A stretch of DNA of 64,000 nucleotides from an uncultured Piscirickettsiaceae bacterium (GTDB lineage: Bacteria > Pseudomonadota > Gammaproteobacteria > PS1 > Pseudothioglobaceae): contig CAZYIW010000003.1 of assembly GCA_964647705.1 (NCBI GenBank), forward strand, positions 4,380 to 68,379, given 5' to 3'. The position numbers and the translations under genes were made by a program. How positions within the stretch are numbered: position 1 is the stretch's first letter; every line of letters begins with the position of its first letter. Shown here one piece after another: positions 17,979 through 27,883 of the stretch. The notes under the pieces were generated by a model, which was not told the DNA's origin, searched no databases, and saw only the letters and a list, made by a program, of their open reading frames with translations.

Positions 17979-18489
17979 GATAGCACTGAGTGTTGCACTA
18001 ATAATGTTTTTTACCTCCGGTTGTTTACCAAAGAGTAAAAAACAACCTGTTGTTATTGTTGATAAATCAATCAATCAGCAAAATATTCAAATACAAAGGT
18101 ATGAAACCGACCCTACCAAACACAACCAACAAACAAGTGACACAGAAAACAAATCAACACCCAAAAGTTGGTCTATTCCAGTTGCAGGCAAGGTCATTCA
18201 ATCATTTTCCAAGTCGCATCCTGGCTTAACTTTTAACACGCAATCTGGACAATCAGTCCGTTCAATTCGTGATGGTGTAGTCGTTTATACAGATCAATCT
18301 GCAAAAAAAATTATCATTAAACACTCTCTTGGTTTTTATAGTACTTATACTCAGATTCTCTCATTTCAAGTTGCAACCGGCGACGATGTTAAAAAAGCTC
18401 AGGTGTTAGCATTAACAGGGAAAAATCCATTTTATTTTGAGATGAAAAAATTCGAAGAACACATCAATCCTAGTAAATATTTGAAATAA
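17971..18489 (+). CDS. Lipoprotein with a degenerate LytM (M23-like) domain
   Basis: It has a lipobox FFTSGC and an M23 fold pattern (PVAGKVIQSF...G..V.SIRDGVVVY...IIIKHSLGFYSTY). The metal ligands are replaced: HxxxD becomes HPGLT, and HxH becomes FYF. Confidence 0.65.
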   Translation: MFKIALSVALIMFFTSGCLPKSKKQPVVIVDKSINQQNIQIQRYETDPTKHNQQTSDTENKSTPKSWSIPVAGKVIQSFSKSHPGLTFNTQSGQSVRSIRDGVVVYTDQSAKKIIIKHSLGFYSTYTQILSFQVATGDDVKKAQVLALTGKNPFYFEMKKFEEHINPSKYLK

Positions 18490-18499
18490 AATAGAGACG

Positions 18500-19525
18500 A
18501 TGAATGAATTTTTACAAAATATAACCACTTACCAAATGGTTGGAGTATTGTTTGCCGTTGCTTTAGTGATACATATTGTGGTTGGTTTTTTGCTCAAGCA
18601 AATTATCACCCACGCAGGCAAAACCGCCAATCAATTAGACGATTATCTAATTGGCGCAATCTCTTTCCCTGTCAAAGTATTGATTTGGTTCGCCTGGGTG
18701 TATTTCTCTATCGATGTAATTAAAGCCGAGATTACACTGTTAACCAGTGTGGTTGATTATATTGATATCGTTCCGATTTTTATCATCACTTGGGGTCTGG
18801 TTAGGGTTATTTCTGCGGTAGAGAATTATCTATGTAGCAAAGACAATAACATTGACAACGACTCGGTTCGATTATTCGCTCGATTATTCAAAATCTTAGT
18901 TATTACCGCTATTGTGCTTGGTGTGGCGCAGTACCTTGGTTTTTCTGTCTCTAGCTTGCTTACTTTTGGTGGTGTGGGTGGCATTGTTATGGGGTTTGCT
19001 GCCAAAGATATGCTGTCAAATATATTTGGTGGGCTGATGATTCAAATGGACAAACCTTTTTCCACTGGCGATTGGATACGCTCAAGTGAATTTGAAGGTA
19101 CGGTTGAGAAGATTGGCTGGCGCATGACACGTATTCGCACCTTTAGCAAAAATCCTGTCTATATCCCTAATTCGATTTTTGCTTCTCTGCCCATTGAGAC
19201 TCCCTCACGTATGACCAACCGTCGAATCAACGAAGTGGTTGGTATTCGCTATGATGATATCGCTCAAATGCCTGCAATTGTTGAAGAAGTAGAGCAAATG
19301 TTGAAAAATCATAAACAGGTAGATCTCTCACAACCTATTCGAGTTTATTTCAATTATTTCAACGCTTCCTCTGTAGATTTTAAAGTTTATTGCTTTACCC
19401 AAACCACGGACAAGGGTGAATATCACCGTGTGAAACAAGAGATATTACTGCAAGTTGCAGATATCATTGCCAAACATAAAGCTGAGATTGCCTACCCCAC
19501 GCAAACACTGCATATTCAGAAGTAA
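18500..19525 (+). CDS. Mechanosensitive ion channel, MscS family
   Basis: Several TM segments are followed by the MscS beta-domain signature [20 protein letters not shown]...[15 protein letters not shown]. Confidence 0.85.
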   Translation: MNEFLQNITTYQMVGVLFAVALVIHIVVGFLLKQIITHAGKTANQLDDYLIGAISFPVKVLIWFAWVYFSIDVIKAEITLLTSVVDYIDIVPIFIITWGLVRVISAVENYLCSKDNNIDNDSVRLFARLFKILVITAIVLGVAQYLGFSVSSLLTFGGVGGIVMGFAAKDMLSNIFGGLMIQMDKPFSTGDWIRSSEFEGTVEKIGWRMTRIRTFSKNPVYIPNSIFASLPIETPSRMTNRRINEVVGIRYDDIAQMPAIVEEVEQMLKNHKQVDLSQPIRVYFNYFNASSVDFKVYCFTQTTDKGEYHRVKQEILLQVADIIAKHKAEIAYPTQTLHIQK

Positions 19526-20850
19526 TGTCATTATCCAAACTCTACATTCGCACCTTTGGGTGTCAGATGAATGAATATGATTCTAATAAAATGATCGATG
19601 TGCTTAAACACTCTCACGGATTAGAGCTGTCTGATGATGCACAAAATGCAGATGTACTTTTGTTAAATACTTGTTCCATTCGAGAAAAAGCCCAAGAAAA
19701 GCTTTTTCATCAGTTGGGTCGCTGGCGAAAACTCAAAGAAAAAAACCCAAATTTGGTTATCGGTGTGGGTGGATGTGTGGCTTCTCAAGAAGGCGATCTT
19801 ATTCTCAAACGCGCTCCTTATGTCGACTTAATCTTTGGCCCACAAACCTTGCATCGACTACCTAATATGTTAAACGATGCACTGGAGAAAAAACGAGTTA
19901 GTATTGATGTCTCATTTCCTGAGATTGAAAAATTTGACTATTTGCCTGAACCTAAATCCAACGGTGTTACTGCCTATGTCTCCATTATGGAAGGTTGCTC
20001 TAAGTACTGCACCTTTTGTGTTGTGCCTTACACACGTGGTGAAGAAGTATCACGACCCTTTAATGACATCATTCAAGAAGTTGAGATACTGGCCTCTCAA
20101 GGAGTCAGAGAAGTCAATCTCTTGGGTCAAAATGTTAACGCCTATCAAGGTAAGATGGATGATGGTGAAGTTGCAGATTTAGCACTGCTTATCAGTATTG
20201 TTGCACAAATTGATGGTATTGATCGTATTCGTTACACCACATCACATCCAGTAGAGTTCTCAGAGAGTTTGATTGCTGCTTACGCGGAAGTCCCCGAGCT
20301 AGTTTCTCACCTACACCTGCCCATTCAAAGTGGCTCAGACAAAATACTCTCACTGATGAAGCGTGGACACACCGCCCTAGAATACAAATCTAAAATTAAG
20401 CGTTTGCGTGAGATTCGTCCCAATATTTCTATTTCCAGCGACTTTATTATTGGCTTTCCTGGTGAGACTGACGAGGATTTTAACCATACCCTAGATTTGA
20501 TTAATGACATTGTTTTTGATAAGTCATTTAGTTTTATTTATTCAAAAAGACCTGGCACACCCGCCTCAACTTATCCAGATGACCTCGCAACACAGACAAA
20601 AAAAACGCGTTTGGCTTTAGTGCAAAAAACCATCGACGAATCTACTGAGAAAATCTCAAAAGCCATGATTGGTAGTGTGCAAAAAATTTTGGTAGAGGGC
20701 AAGGCCAAAAAAGGCAATAAGCTTTATGGCAAAACCGAAAACATGCGCAATACCCATTTCAAAGGTGATGAATCACTGATCGGTAAAATTGTGAATATTA
20801 AAATTACCGATGCGGCCAACAATTCTTTAGTGGGTAAGTTGGTCGACTAA
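19525..20850 (+). CDS. miaB: tRNA-i6A37 methylthiotransferase MiaB
   Basis: It has an N-terminal Cys triad ([20 protein letters not shown]), the radical-SAM motif [15 protein letters not shown] and a C-terminal TRAM domain. Confidence 0.96.
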   Translation: MSLSKLYIRTFGCQMNEYDSNKMIDVLKHSHGLELSDDAQNADVLLLNTCSIREKAQEKLFHQLGRWRKLKEKNPNLVIGVGGCVASQEGDLILKRAPYVDLIFGPQTLHRLPNMLNDALEKKRVSIDVSFPEIEKFDYLPEPKSNGVTAYVSIMEGCSKYCTFCVVPYTRGEEVSRPFNDIIQEVEILASQGVREVNLLGQNVNAYQGKMDDGEVADLALLISIVAQIDGIDRIRYTTSHPVEFSESLIAAYAEVPELVSHLHLPIQSGSDKILSLMKRGHTALEYKSKIKRLREIRPNISISSDFIIGFPGETDEDFNHTLDLINDIVFDKSFSFIYSKRPGTPASTYPDDLATQTKKTRLALVQKTIDESTEKISKAMIGSVQKILVEGKAKKGNKLYGKTENMRNTHFKGDESLIGKIVNIKITDAANNSLVGKLVD

Positions 20851-21305
20851 TTTCTATTGGTTTTAAAAGGAAAAGAAACCTTTAATATCTCTTTGTCACT
20901 TTCAACAATAACATTGGCAAACCAACTCATCTCCCTAAGGGCACACAATGATAAAAACCCCTGCCCTGAAAAATCTTTGTCGGTGTTTTTTGTTAACAAA
21001 TAAGGCATTAAGTTATGATCAAACTCTAGGCCTTCAAAGTTCACTGAAACATCATTAGCTTCAAACCCTTCTAAATTAACCTCAATCTCAAGTGCTTGAG
21101 TTTGTGGAATACCAATGGGCAATATGCTCAAGTTTAAAAACTTATCCTTGGCAACGCTTATTCTGCAAGCTCCTTTAGAAATTTGGCAATCAGTAACATG
21201 AACAACACGCTCAATCTTATCTTGCAAATAATTTTTGTACCACTGTCCAGCAACAATAAAAAAAATTGCTATAAAGACAATGAAACCCAGGGTTTTGTTA
21301 TTCAT
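20847..21305 (-). CDS. Membrane-anchored hypothetical protein (last gene of the SCO1/PCuAC operon)
   Basis: 152 aa with an N-terminal TM segment ([15 protein letters not shown]) and Cys residues in [11 protein letters not shown] and LSLCAL. It shares an ATGA-type overlap with the SCO1 gene. I recognise no family. Confidence 0.55.
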   Translation of the reverse strand: MNNKTLGFIVFIAIFFIVAGQWYKNYLQDKIERVVHVTDCQISKGACRISVAKDKFLNLSILPIGIPQTQALEIEVNLEGFEANDVSVNFEGLEFDHNLMPYLLTKNTDKDFSGQGFLSLCALREMSWFANVIVESDKEILKVSFPFKTNRN

Positions 21306-21973
21306 TGATGGTTAAAAATTAACTGAATATCTTTGGCCATATCTTTTGGTTTATGCGGTGTTGGAAAGCCTGCAAAGATTTCACCATCTGGGGAGATTAA
21401 ATAAATCCAAGCAGTATGGTTAACATGATAGTCTTTTACTCCTTTAGGAAGAGATTGCCCCAAAACCACTTGTTTGTCACCAGAATACATTACAAATTCA
21501 TAGAATGTACCAAAAGGTCTAATCAGTTGATTAACTTGCTTTGTATCACCCGAGACACCTAAAAAATCTTCACTAAAGTGAGTGAGATAAGTTTTTAACA
21601 GCTCCGGCGTATCACGTTTTGGATCAAGACTAATAAACACCACTTTGGGTACCTTGATATTTTGTTTTTCTAGCACTTGTTCCAGCATTGCCATATCCAT
21701 CAACCCTGTTGGACAAACATCAGGACAATGGGTATACCCAAAGAATACTAAACTCCATTGGTTTTTGAGTCGATCATTGTCAAAGACTGCCCCATTATGA
21801 TCAATGAGTGAAAACTGGGGCAGTGGGCGATTAGGGTTAACCAATAATTTGGATACCTTAAGTTGTTTTTTTAAAGCCTGATGGTCGGGTGTTGAATCAG
21901 TACCATAATAAAACAGCAATGACAATAAAGTCACTACCACCAAAACAAAAACCAGCAATATTTTTTTCAACAT
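21302..21973 (-). CDS. SCO1/SenC copper chaperone (thioredoxin fold)
   Basis: It has an N-terminal anchor and the CxxxC copper site FFGYTHCPDVCP. Confidence 0.9.
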   Translation of the reverse strand: MLKKILLVFVLVVVTLLSLLFYYGTDSTPDHQALKKQLKVSKLLVNPNRPLPQFSLIDHNGAVFDNDRLKNQWSLVFFGYTHCPDVCPTGLMDMAMLEQVLEKQNIKVPKVVFISLDPKRDTPELLKTYLTHFSEDFLGVSGDTKQVNQLIRPFGTFYEFVMYSGDKQVVLGQSLPKGVKDYHVNHTAWIYLISPDGEIFAGFPTPHKPKDMAKDIQLIFNHQ

Positions 21974-21977
21974 AGAG

Positions 21978-22472
21978 TTAGTGATGATGATTATGATGCA
22001 TCATCTTTTGACCTTTACGCACCACAGCTGAGACTGTTTGTTTTTGGCCGTTATCAAAATAAAGGCTGATTCTAACCTTTTCACCTTCTTTAGGTACTGA
22101 ATCTGGTCCAATCAGCATTACATGCCAACTGCCTGGTTTAAGTATTAATCTGCCCATTGCTGAGATTGGCATAAACTCTTGTTTGACCATTTTCATCAAC
22201 TCCCCGTCTTGTTGTGTGCGATGAAGCTCAATACGATCATATCCATCGGCATCGGCTTTGATCAGTTTTACTGTCTGATGCGTGTTATTCACAATGTTCA
22301 TAAAAGCGCCTAAAGCAGGTGCATTTGATGGTGCTGACCTTACCCAAGGATCATCAATAGTCACGCCATCATGATGATGGTCTGTTGAGTGCTTATGCCC
22401 CATTGCAGTCGCTAAATTAAATGCTATTAATGTGGCAATAGCCGTTAGAAAAAATTTAAATTTGTTAAACAT
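21978..22472 (-). CDS. Periplasmic copper chaperone PCu(A)C (DUF461) with His-rich tails
   Basis: It has a signal peptide and PCuAC-type Met/His ligands (MKMVKQEFMPI...PGSWHVMLIG). Extra His tracts are HKHSTDHHHDG (N-terminal) and MMHHNHHH (C-terminal). Confidence 0.8.
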   Translation of the reverse strand: MFNKFKFFLTAIATLIAFNLATAMGHKHSTDHHHDGVTIDDPWVRSAPSNAPALGAFMNIVNNTHQTVKLIKADADGYDRIELHRTQQDGELMKMVKQEFMPISAMGRLILKPGSWHVMLIGPDSVPKEGEKVRISLYFDNGQKQTVSAVVRKGQKMMHHNHHH

Positions 22473-22505
22473 GTTTGTTTCCTATATATAAGTTATATTT
22501 GATGC

Positions 22506-22525
22506 AAAGTGTTTCATAACACTTT
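22506..22525. promoter_or_regulatory. Perfect 8-4-8 palindrome between the DUF2946-like and PCuAC genes
   Basis: AAAGTGTT-tcat-AACACTTT lies in the 74-bp intercistronic gap. It could be an operator or an RNA hairpin. Function unknown. Confidence 0.3.
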
Positions 22526-22546
22526 AGCAATGAGAGTAAATTGTTG

Positions 22547-22930
22547 TTAACTTATATAAGGCGGCGCACGAATGGCGAAGATTTTTAATTTAGCATCCCT
22601 GTGGATACTACTTTGAACAACCTTAGTATTTTCAAATACCTTATTAACAGGGATAGAAAAAAACTGCGTGGTTTGTTCTATCGCATCAACTTCAAAAATA
22701 CTTAATAAACAATAAGGACAATCAGAAACAATAAGGCTGCCTTGATTATCTTGGTTGTCTGCTTGAATCCAAATTTGTTTAAACCCTTGTAGAGTGCACA
22801 CCTGAGAAAAGTAACCATCATTATTGGTTTTGGTAACAGCGACAGAGATCGAGGGAGTAAACAGCTGGAACAGCAAGACCAACAGAACCACACGAGCTAA
22901 AAAAAGTTTGGTGTTGTTAGTGATGTCCAT
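22547..22930 (-). CDS. DUF2946-like small membrane-anchored Cys protein (copper-cluster associated)
   Basis: 127 aa with an N-terminal TM segment, CTLQG and CPYC motifs and a C-terminal RAPP. As I remember DUF2946, it typically sits next to PCuAC and copper-uptake genes. Confidence 0.45.
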   Translation of the reverse strand: MDITNNTKLFLARVVLLVLLFQLFTPSISVAVTKTNNDGYFSQVCTLQGFKQIWIQADNQDNQGSLIVSDCPYCLLSIFEVDAIEQTTQFFSIPVNKVFENTKVVQSSIHRDAKLKIFAIRAPPYIS

Positions 22931-23001
22931 GAAGTGAAAACAAACCTATAAAGAGATGGAGTCTCATTATATCTATTCTTAAAATTAATGTCGATGATAA
23001 A

Positions 23002-23931
23002 ATGTTTGTTATGAAATTAACACTTGAGATTAAAAAACCAGAACAGCTGGCTAATATTTGTGGCTCATTGGATAAAAATCTAGAAATAATCAGCCAAAGC
23101 CTTGATGTAGATATTCGCAATAAAGGTCGCGATTTTGTGTTATCGGGGGATAATAAAAAAATTGCAGCTGATGTACTCAATGATTTGCTTCAATTGTCTA
23201 ATAATCATACTTTAGATATCAATGATGTAGAGATGAGTGTTAAAACTCGATTACAAGAGAGGGTTCCCGAGCGCACTATTCATATTAAAACCAAACGAAA
23301 ACAAGTCCACGTTCGCAGTGCCAATCAGCAACATTATGTACAAGCCATTGAACAAAAAGATTGTACTTTTGGTATTGGTCCTGCAGGCACAGGAAAAACT
23401 TATCTTGCCGTGGCCAAGGCCGTTGAAGCTTTTGAAAAATCCTATGTACGTCGAATAGTTCTGGTCCGTCCAGCGGTTGAAGCAGGTGAGAAGTTAGGCT
23501 TTCTCCCAGGAGATATGAGTGAAAAAGTTGATCCATATCTGCGACCTATTTATGATGCACTCTATGAAATGCTGGGGTTTGAAAAAGTCACCAAACTCAT
23601 TGACAAAAGCGCTATTGAAGTTGCACCACTGGCCTTTATGCGTGGGCGTACCCTAAATGAATCTTTTATCATCTTAGATGAAGCCCAAAATACCACGATT
23701 GAACAAATGAAAATGTTTTTAACACGCATGGGTTTCGCATCAAAGATGGTGATAACAGGGGATATCACCCAAATTGATCTTCCCAATGCAAAAAATTCAG
23801 GCTTATTGCATGCCATGTCTGTTTTAGAAAAAGAAGAACAAATTGCCTTTTGTCAATTTGGATCTAAAGACGTGGTTCGACATAAATTGGTACAACGTAT
23901 TGTCCAAGCTTATCAAAAATATCAATCATAA
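23002..23931 (+). CDS. ybeZ: PhoH-like ATPase YbeZ
   Basis: GIGPAGTGKTYLAVA..., RPAVEAGEKLGFLPGD...KVDPYLRPIYDAL and ILDEAQNTT.EQMKMFLTR are collinear with E. coli YbeZ. Confidence 0.95.
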   Translation: MFVMKLTLEIKKPEQLANICGSLDKNLEIISQSLDVDIRNKGRDFVLSGDNKKIAADVLNDLLQLSNNHTLDINDVEMSVKTRLQERVPERTIHIKTKRKQVHVRSANQQHYVQAIEQKDCTFGIGPAGTGKTYLAVAKAVEAFEKSYVRRIVLVRPAVEAGEKLGFLPGDMSEKVDPYLRPIYDALYEMLGFEKVTKLIDKSAIEVAPLAFMRGRTLNESFIILDEAQNTTIEQMKMFLTRMGFASKMVITGDITQIDLPNAKNSGLLHAMSVLEKEEQIAFCQFGSKDVVRHKLVQRIVQAYQKYQS

Positions 23932-23933
23932 AA

Positions 23934-25028
23934 GTGGCGCACAAAACAAAAGATAAAGTCGTTGTTGGCCTGTCCGGTGGAGTAGACTCTTCAGTCGCTG
24001 CACTACTTCTACTGCAACAGGGTTATGAAGTTGAAGCTTTGTTTATGAAAAATTGGGATGAAGATGACGATGCCGATACCTGTAGTGCCGAACAAGACTA
24101 CTCCGACGCCAAAAAAGTTGCAAAAAAATTGGGTATTAAACTCCACAGCATTAACTTTTCAGCCGATTATTGGGACGATGTTTTTTCACATTTCTTATCT
24201 GAACAAAAAAAAGGCAGAACACCCAATCCCGATGTGCTGTGTAACCAAAAAATCAAATTTAAGGTTTTTTTAGAGTATGCACTTAATTTAGGAGCGACAA
24301 AAATTGCCACAGGCCACTACGCCCGTATTGAACATAAAGACCACTCTTACCTTTTAAAGTGTGGTTTAGATAAGGACAAAGATCAAAGCTATTTTCTGTA
24401 TTTACTCAACCAAGGACAACTCTCAAAAAGTCTTTTTCCACTGGGAGAGATGCAAAAAAACCAAGTTAGGGATTTGGCTCAACAACACAATTTAGTCACC
24501 GCTGAGAAAAAAGATTCGACTGGTATTTGTTTTATAGGCGAGCGTAATTTTTCAGATTTTTTACAAAATTATCTGCCAAACAAGCCCGGTAACGTTGTGG
24601 ATACCAAAGGTCGTATTATTAAGCAACATGAGGGTCTACATTTTTATACCATTGGGCAACGCAAAGGCTTAGAGATTGGTGGTGGTTTTGGTGAAAGTGG
24701 AGAAGCTTGGTTTGTGGCCGATAAAAGGCTTCAAAACAACGAACTTGTTGTGGTACAAGGTGATCATGAATTACTATACCACACTATTTTAAATGCCAGC
24801 AATGTGCACTGGATTACAAATACCCCACAATTTCCACTACAATGCCAAGCTAAAATTCGGTATCGTCAGAGCTCACAAGATTGTACTGTTTTTATTGATA
24901 ATCAAATGGATATCAAAGTGGTTTTTAAAAAGCCTCAACGCGCCATTACCCCTGGACAGTCGATTGTTTTTTATCAAAATGACACATGCTTGGGTGGCGC
25001 AATTATTGAAACACGAGAGAATGAATAA
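23934..25028 (+). CDS. mnmA: tRNA 2-thiouridine(34) synthase MnmA
   Basis: It has the PP-loop VGLSGGVDSSVAA, NPDVLCN and DSTGICFIGE. The start codon is GTG. Confidence 0.96.
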   Translation: MAHKTKDKVVVGLSGGVDSSVAALLLLQQGYEVEALFMKNWDEDDDADTCSAEQDYSDAKKVAKKLGIKLHSINFSADYWDDVFSHFLSEQKKGRTPNPDVLCNQKIKFKVFLEYALNLGATKIATGHYARIEHKDHSYLLKCGLDKDKDQSYFLYLLNQGQLSKSLFPLGEMQKNQVRDLAQQHNLVTAEKKDSTGICFIGERNFSDFLQNYLPNKPGNVVDTKGRIIKQHEGLHFYTIGQRKGLEIGGGFGESGEAWFVADKRLQNNELVVVQGDHELLYHTILNASNVHWITNTPQFPLQCQAKIRYRQSSQDCTVFIDNQMDIKVVFKKPQRAITPGQSIVFYQNDTCLGGAIIETRENE

Positions 25029-25626
25029 ATTAAAAAACCAAACACTGGCCCTAGCTTCAATTTTACAAACCACAGCCTTGGTTGATCAATTGGCATCTAC
25101 AGGCACATGTGATAATAAAAGCAACGAAGTTAGCCTCAAAAGTATTGTCAGTGTTGGTGATAGTATTGAACAAATTTATCAATCACCAAAAGATTTGTCA
25201 ATTGGTCTTAAAACGCTAAAAGTTGCTTTTGGTAAAAAATCTAAATCCATACAAAATATCATTTTTTATTCACTGGCACTAATCAATCTAGAAAAAAAAC
25301 TGATGAAAAACAAGGGTTTGTTAGATCAGATTTCAGCGGAGATCAAAACAATAAAAAAACAAGATTTTTTTGAGATTAGCCACGCCCAATCAGTGGCCAG
25401 ATTTGCACAGCTATATAAAACAACATTAGGCAATCTTAGTCCAAGGATTATGGTAAGTGGTGAACAGATTTATCTTTCAAACCAACATACAGCAAATCAT
25501 ATTCGTGCACTTCTTTTAGCGGGCATCCGTTCAGTGAGTTTATGGCGCTCGTATGGAGGTCGTTCTTGGCAGTTACTTTTGAATAAGAAAAAGACGCTAA
25601 AATTTGTCGATTCTATAGACTTTTAA
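25021..25626 (+). CDS. hflD: High-frequency-of-lysogenization protein HflD
   Basis: The ORF opens at 24793 inside mnmA. The plausible start is the ATG at 25021 (MNKLKNQTLALASILQTTALVDQLASTG, a typical HflD N-terminus). The mnmA-hflD order matches E. coli. Confidence 0.8.
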   Translation: MNKLKNQTLALASILQTTALVDQLASTGTCDNKSNEVSLKSIVSVGDSIEQIYQSPKDLSIGLKTLKVAFGKKSKSIQNIIFYSLALINLEKKLMKNKGLLDQISAEIKTIKKQDFFEISHAQSVARFAQLYKTTLGNLSPRIMVSGEQIYLSNQHTANHIRALLLAGIRSVSLWRSYGGRSWQLLLNKKKTLKFVDSIDF

Positions 25627-25628
25627 TC

Positions 25629-25655
25629 CGCGTGCTTGTATAATTACGCGTTTTT
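25629..25655 (+). terminator. Possible hflD terminator overlapping the rpsT promoter
   Basis: CGCGT-gcttgtataatt-ACGCG is followed by TTTTT. The loop carries a TATAAT (25639-25644) that could serve rpsT. Confidence 0.35.
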
Positions 25656-25672
25656 ATTTAACGACTTTTATA

Positions 25673-25933
25673 ATGGCTAATTCGGCAGGTTCTAGAAAAC
25701 GCGCAAGACAAGCAATTAAGCGCAACAAACACAATGCACAAATTCGCGCAAAAGTAAGAACTTTTATCAAAAAAGTCTCTTACGCAATTGACGCAGGTGA
25801 CAAAAAAACTGCCTCTGGTGGCTTTAGTGATATGCAAAAAGCAATGGATCAAGCTGTTAGTAAAGGTTTAATACACAAGAATCAAGTGGCACGAAAAAAA
25901 TCTCGCTTAAGTGCAAAAATTAAAGCACTTTAG
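25673..25933 (+). CDS. rpsT: 30S ribosomal protein S20
   Basis: MANSAGSRKRARQAIKRNKHNA..R...RT.IKKV is canonical S20 sequence. Confidence 0.97.
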   Translation: MANSAGSRKRARQAIKRNKHNAQIRAKVRTFIKKVSYAIDAGDKKTASGGFSDMQKAMDQAVSKGLIHKNQVARKKSRLSAKIKAL

Positions 25934-25957
25934 TTTTTTATTTCGATAACAAACTAT

Positions 25958-25981
25958 AAACCCTCTTTTGAGGGTTTTTTT
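25958..25981 (+). terminator. Rho-independent terminator of rpsT
   Basis: AAACCCTC-tttt-GAGGGTTT followed by a T run. Confidence 0.8.
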
Positions 25982-26007
25982 ATGCCCAAGGGTTTATACT
26001 ACTACGC

Positions 26008-26496
26008 ATGGTAGATGAATCTGATAAAGCGTTATTTAGACAGACTGTAGCCAACTCTGGTGTATTAGATAAAGACGCTGTAGAACTTGGCTCAAATGAA
26101 AAAAACTTTGAGCTCTTTGAAGCATACAGCTACATTACAGACGCTACTTTATCAGGCTCAGACACTCTTTCTTATGCAAAATCGGGTGTCTCTAAAAAAA
26201 ATATCCAACAGATGAAGCGAGGCAGTATTGAACACGCACCTGTTTTAGACCTGCATGGTCAAAGTATTGTTGAAGCTTGTGATTCAATGTCGAATTTTTT
26301 TTATCATCAACAAAATCAAAAGTATATTCAAATTATTCATGGCAAAGGTTATCACTCTGATGAAGGCATGAGTGTTATTAAAACCCAAGTGGTCAGTTTT
26401 TTAAAACAACACCCCCAGGTATTGGCATTTGAATCTTGCCCTGCAAAAGATGGTGGCACGGGTGCTGTTTTTGTCTTGTTAAAAAAACATGTTTAA
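26008..26496 (+). CDS. Smr-domain protein (SmrA/SmrB-like endonuclease)
   Basis: It has the C-terminal Smr motifs LDLHG...A and IIHGKG. Confidence 0.8.
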   Translation: MVDESDKALFRQTVANSGVLDKDAVELGSNEKNFELFEAYSYITDATLSGSDTLSYAKSGVSKKNIQQMKRGSIEHAPVLDLHGQSIVEACDSMSNFFYHQQNQKYIQIIHGKGYHSDEGMSVIKTQVVSFLKQHPQVLAFESCPAKDGGTGAVFVLLKKHV

Positions 26497-27883
26497 TATT
26501 GACGAAATTTACAGTGTTTCTGATTTTTTAGCATTGTGTAAAAAAAATATTGAAGATAATATCCCCACTTGTTGGTTGCGTGGTGAGATATCCAACCTTT
26601 CTCGTCCTGCTTCTGGACACTGGTATTTCTCAATAAAAGACAATCGTGGGCAGATTAACTGCGCCCTGTTTCGACTCAACCAGCGTCATATCAAATTTGA
26701 TCTCGAACATGGCATGGAAGTCATCATCCGTGCTGCACCAAGCCTGTATGAAGCCAGAGGTGATTTTCAGCTGATTGTTGAACACATAGAGCCTGTTGGT
26801 GTGGGTAATCTTCAACTGGCTTTTGAGCAACTCAAAGAAAAACTGGCTAAGGAAGGGTTATTCGATACTCAAAACAAAAAACCACTACCCAAAAAACCCA
26901 GTGTAATTGGTGTGGTCTCTTCCTCCACCGGCAGTGTGATTCAAGATATTATTAAAGTTTTGAAAAATCGTTATCCGTTTACCCAAATAAGACTCTACGA
27001 TTCACTTGTACAGGGTGAAAGTGCTTCTCAAAATCTTATTCGCGCCCTCAATAGTGCTGATCAAAACAAGCAGTGTGATGTGATTATTCTAGCCAGAGGC
27101 GGTGGATCCTTAGAAGATTTATGGGCTTTTAATGAGGAGCCTTTGGCTCGTGAAATTTTTCATGCTAATACGCCTATTATTAGTGCAGTAGGTCATGAAA
27201 CAGATACCACCATCGCAGATTTTGTATCTGATGCGCGTGCACCTACTCCTTCAGCCGCTGCAATGATGGCCACACCAGATCGACAAGAACTCTTGGCTAA
27301 GAGTGAGCAATTACACTCACGACTAATAAAAGCATCTAGACAACACATCAACCTGTATCAACACCAATTGCAAAGATATCACCTAACAAGTCCGGCACAA
27401 CAAATCTATACCTTGTTCCAGCAAATTGATGGTCTTTTTGCACAACTGTCCCATAAGATACATCTGTCGGTTCATCAAAAAAATACAACACTTAACTCTT
27501 GGGTAGAACGACTCAAAAAACAATCTCCAATTACTCGTATACAAAACAAAAAACAAGCCACAGCTGTTGCTAAATTACGCCTATTACAATCTACAAATAA
27601 CACATTAAACCAGCATCAAAATCAACTGGTATTCCTAGTTGAAAGGCTCCATAGAAGCGTTAGGCACGATTTAGAAAAACACAACAATTCCCTACGTTCT
27701 TATGCAAATGCTCTAGACCATCTCTCGCCTTTAAAAACTCTCTCACGAGGCTATAGTCTGACCACAGACACACACAATAAACTGATTCTTTCAGTCTGTG
27801 ATATTAAAATAGGTACAAAAATTACCACCACACTTACAGATGGCACGATTGATTCAACAATTGACAAAATCGATAAAAACTAG
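26489..27883 (+). CDS. xseA: Exodeoxyribonuclease VII large subunit
   Basis: An N-terminal OB fold (WLRGEISN...SGHWYFSIKD) is followed by GVVSS.TG.VI.DI, ARGGGS.EDLW.FN and ISAVGHE.D.T.ADFV.D.RA.TPS. Confidence 0.95.
   Translation: MFNIDEIYSVSDFLALCKKNIEDNIPTCWLRGEISNLSRPASGHWYFSIKDNRGQINCALFRLNQRHIKFDLEHGMEVIIRAAPSLYEARGDFQLIVEHIEPVGVGNLQLAFEQLKEKLAKEGLFDTQNKKPLPKKPSVIGVVSSSTGSVIQDIIKVLKNRYPFTQIRLYDSLVQGESASQNLIRALNSADQNKQCDVIILARGGGSLEDLWAFNEEPLAREIFHANTPIISAVGHETDTTIADFVSDARAPTPSAAAMMATPDRQELLAKSEQLHSRLIKASRQHINLYQHQLQRYHLTSPAQQIYTLFQQIDGLFAQLSHKIHLSVHQKNTTLNSWVERLKKQSPITRIQNKKQATAVAKLRLLQSTNNTLNQHQNQLVFLVERLHRSVRHDLEKHNNSLRSYANALDHLSPLKTLSRGYSLTTDTHNKLILSVCDIKIGTKITTTLTDGTIDSTIDKIDKN

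Noticed and set aside
24793-25020. N-terminal 76-codon extension of the hflD ORF overlapping mnmA.
   Set aside because: The extension is entirely inside the well-supported mnmA coding region. The HflD-like sequence begins at the ATG at 25021.
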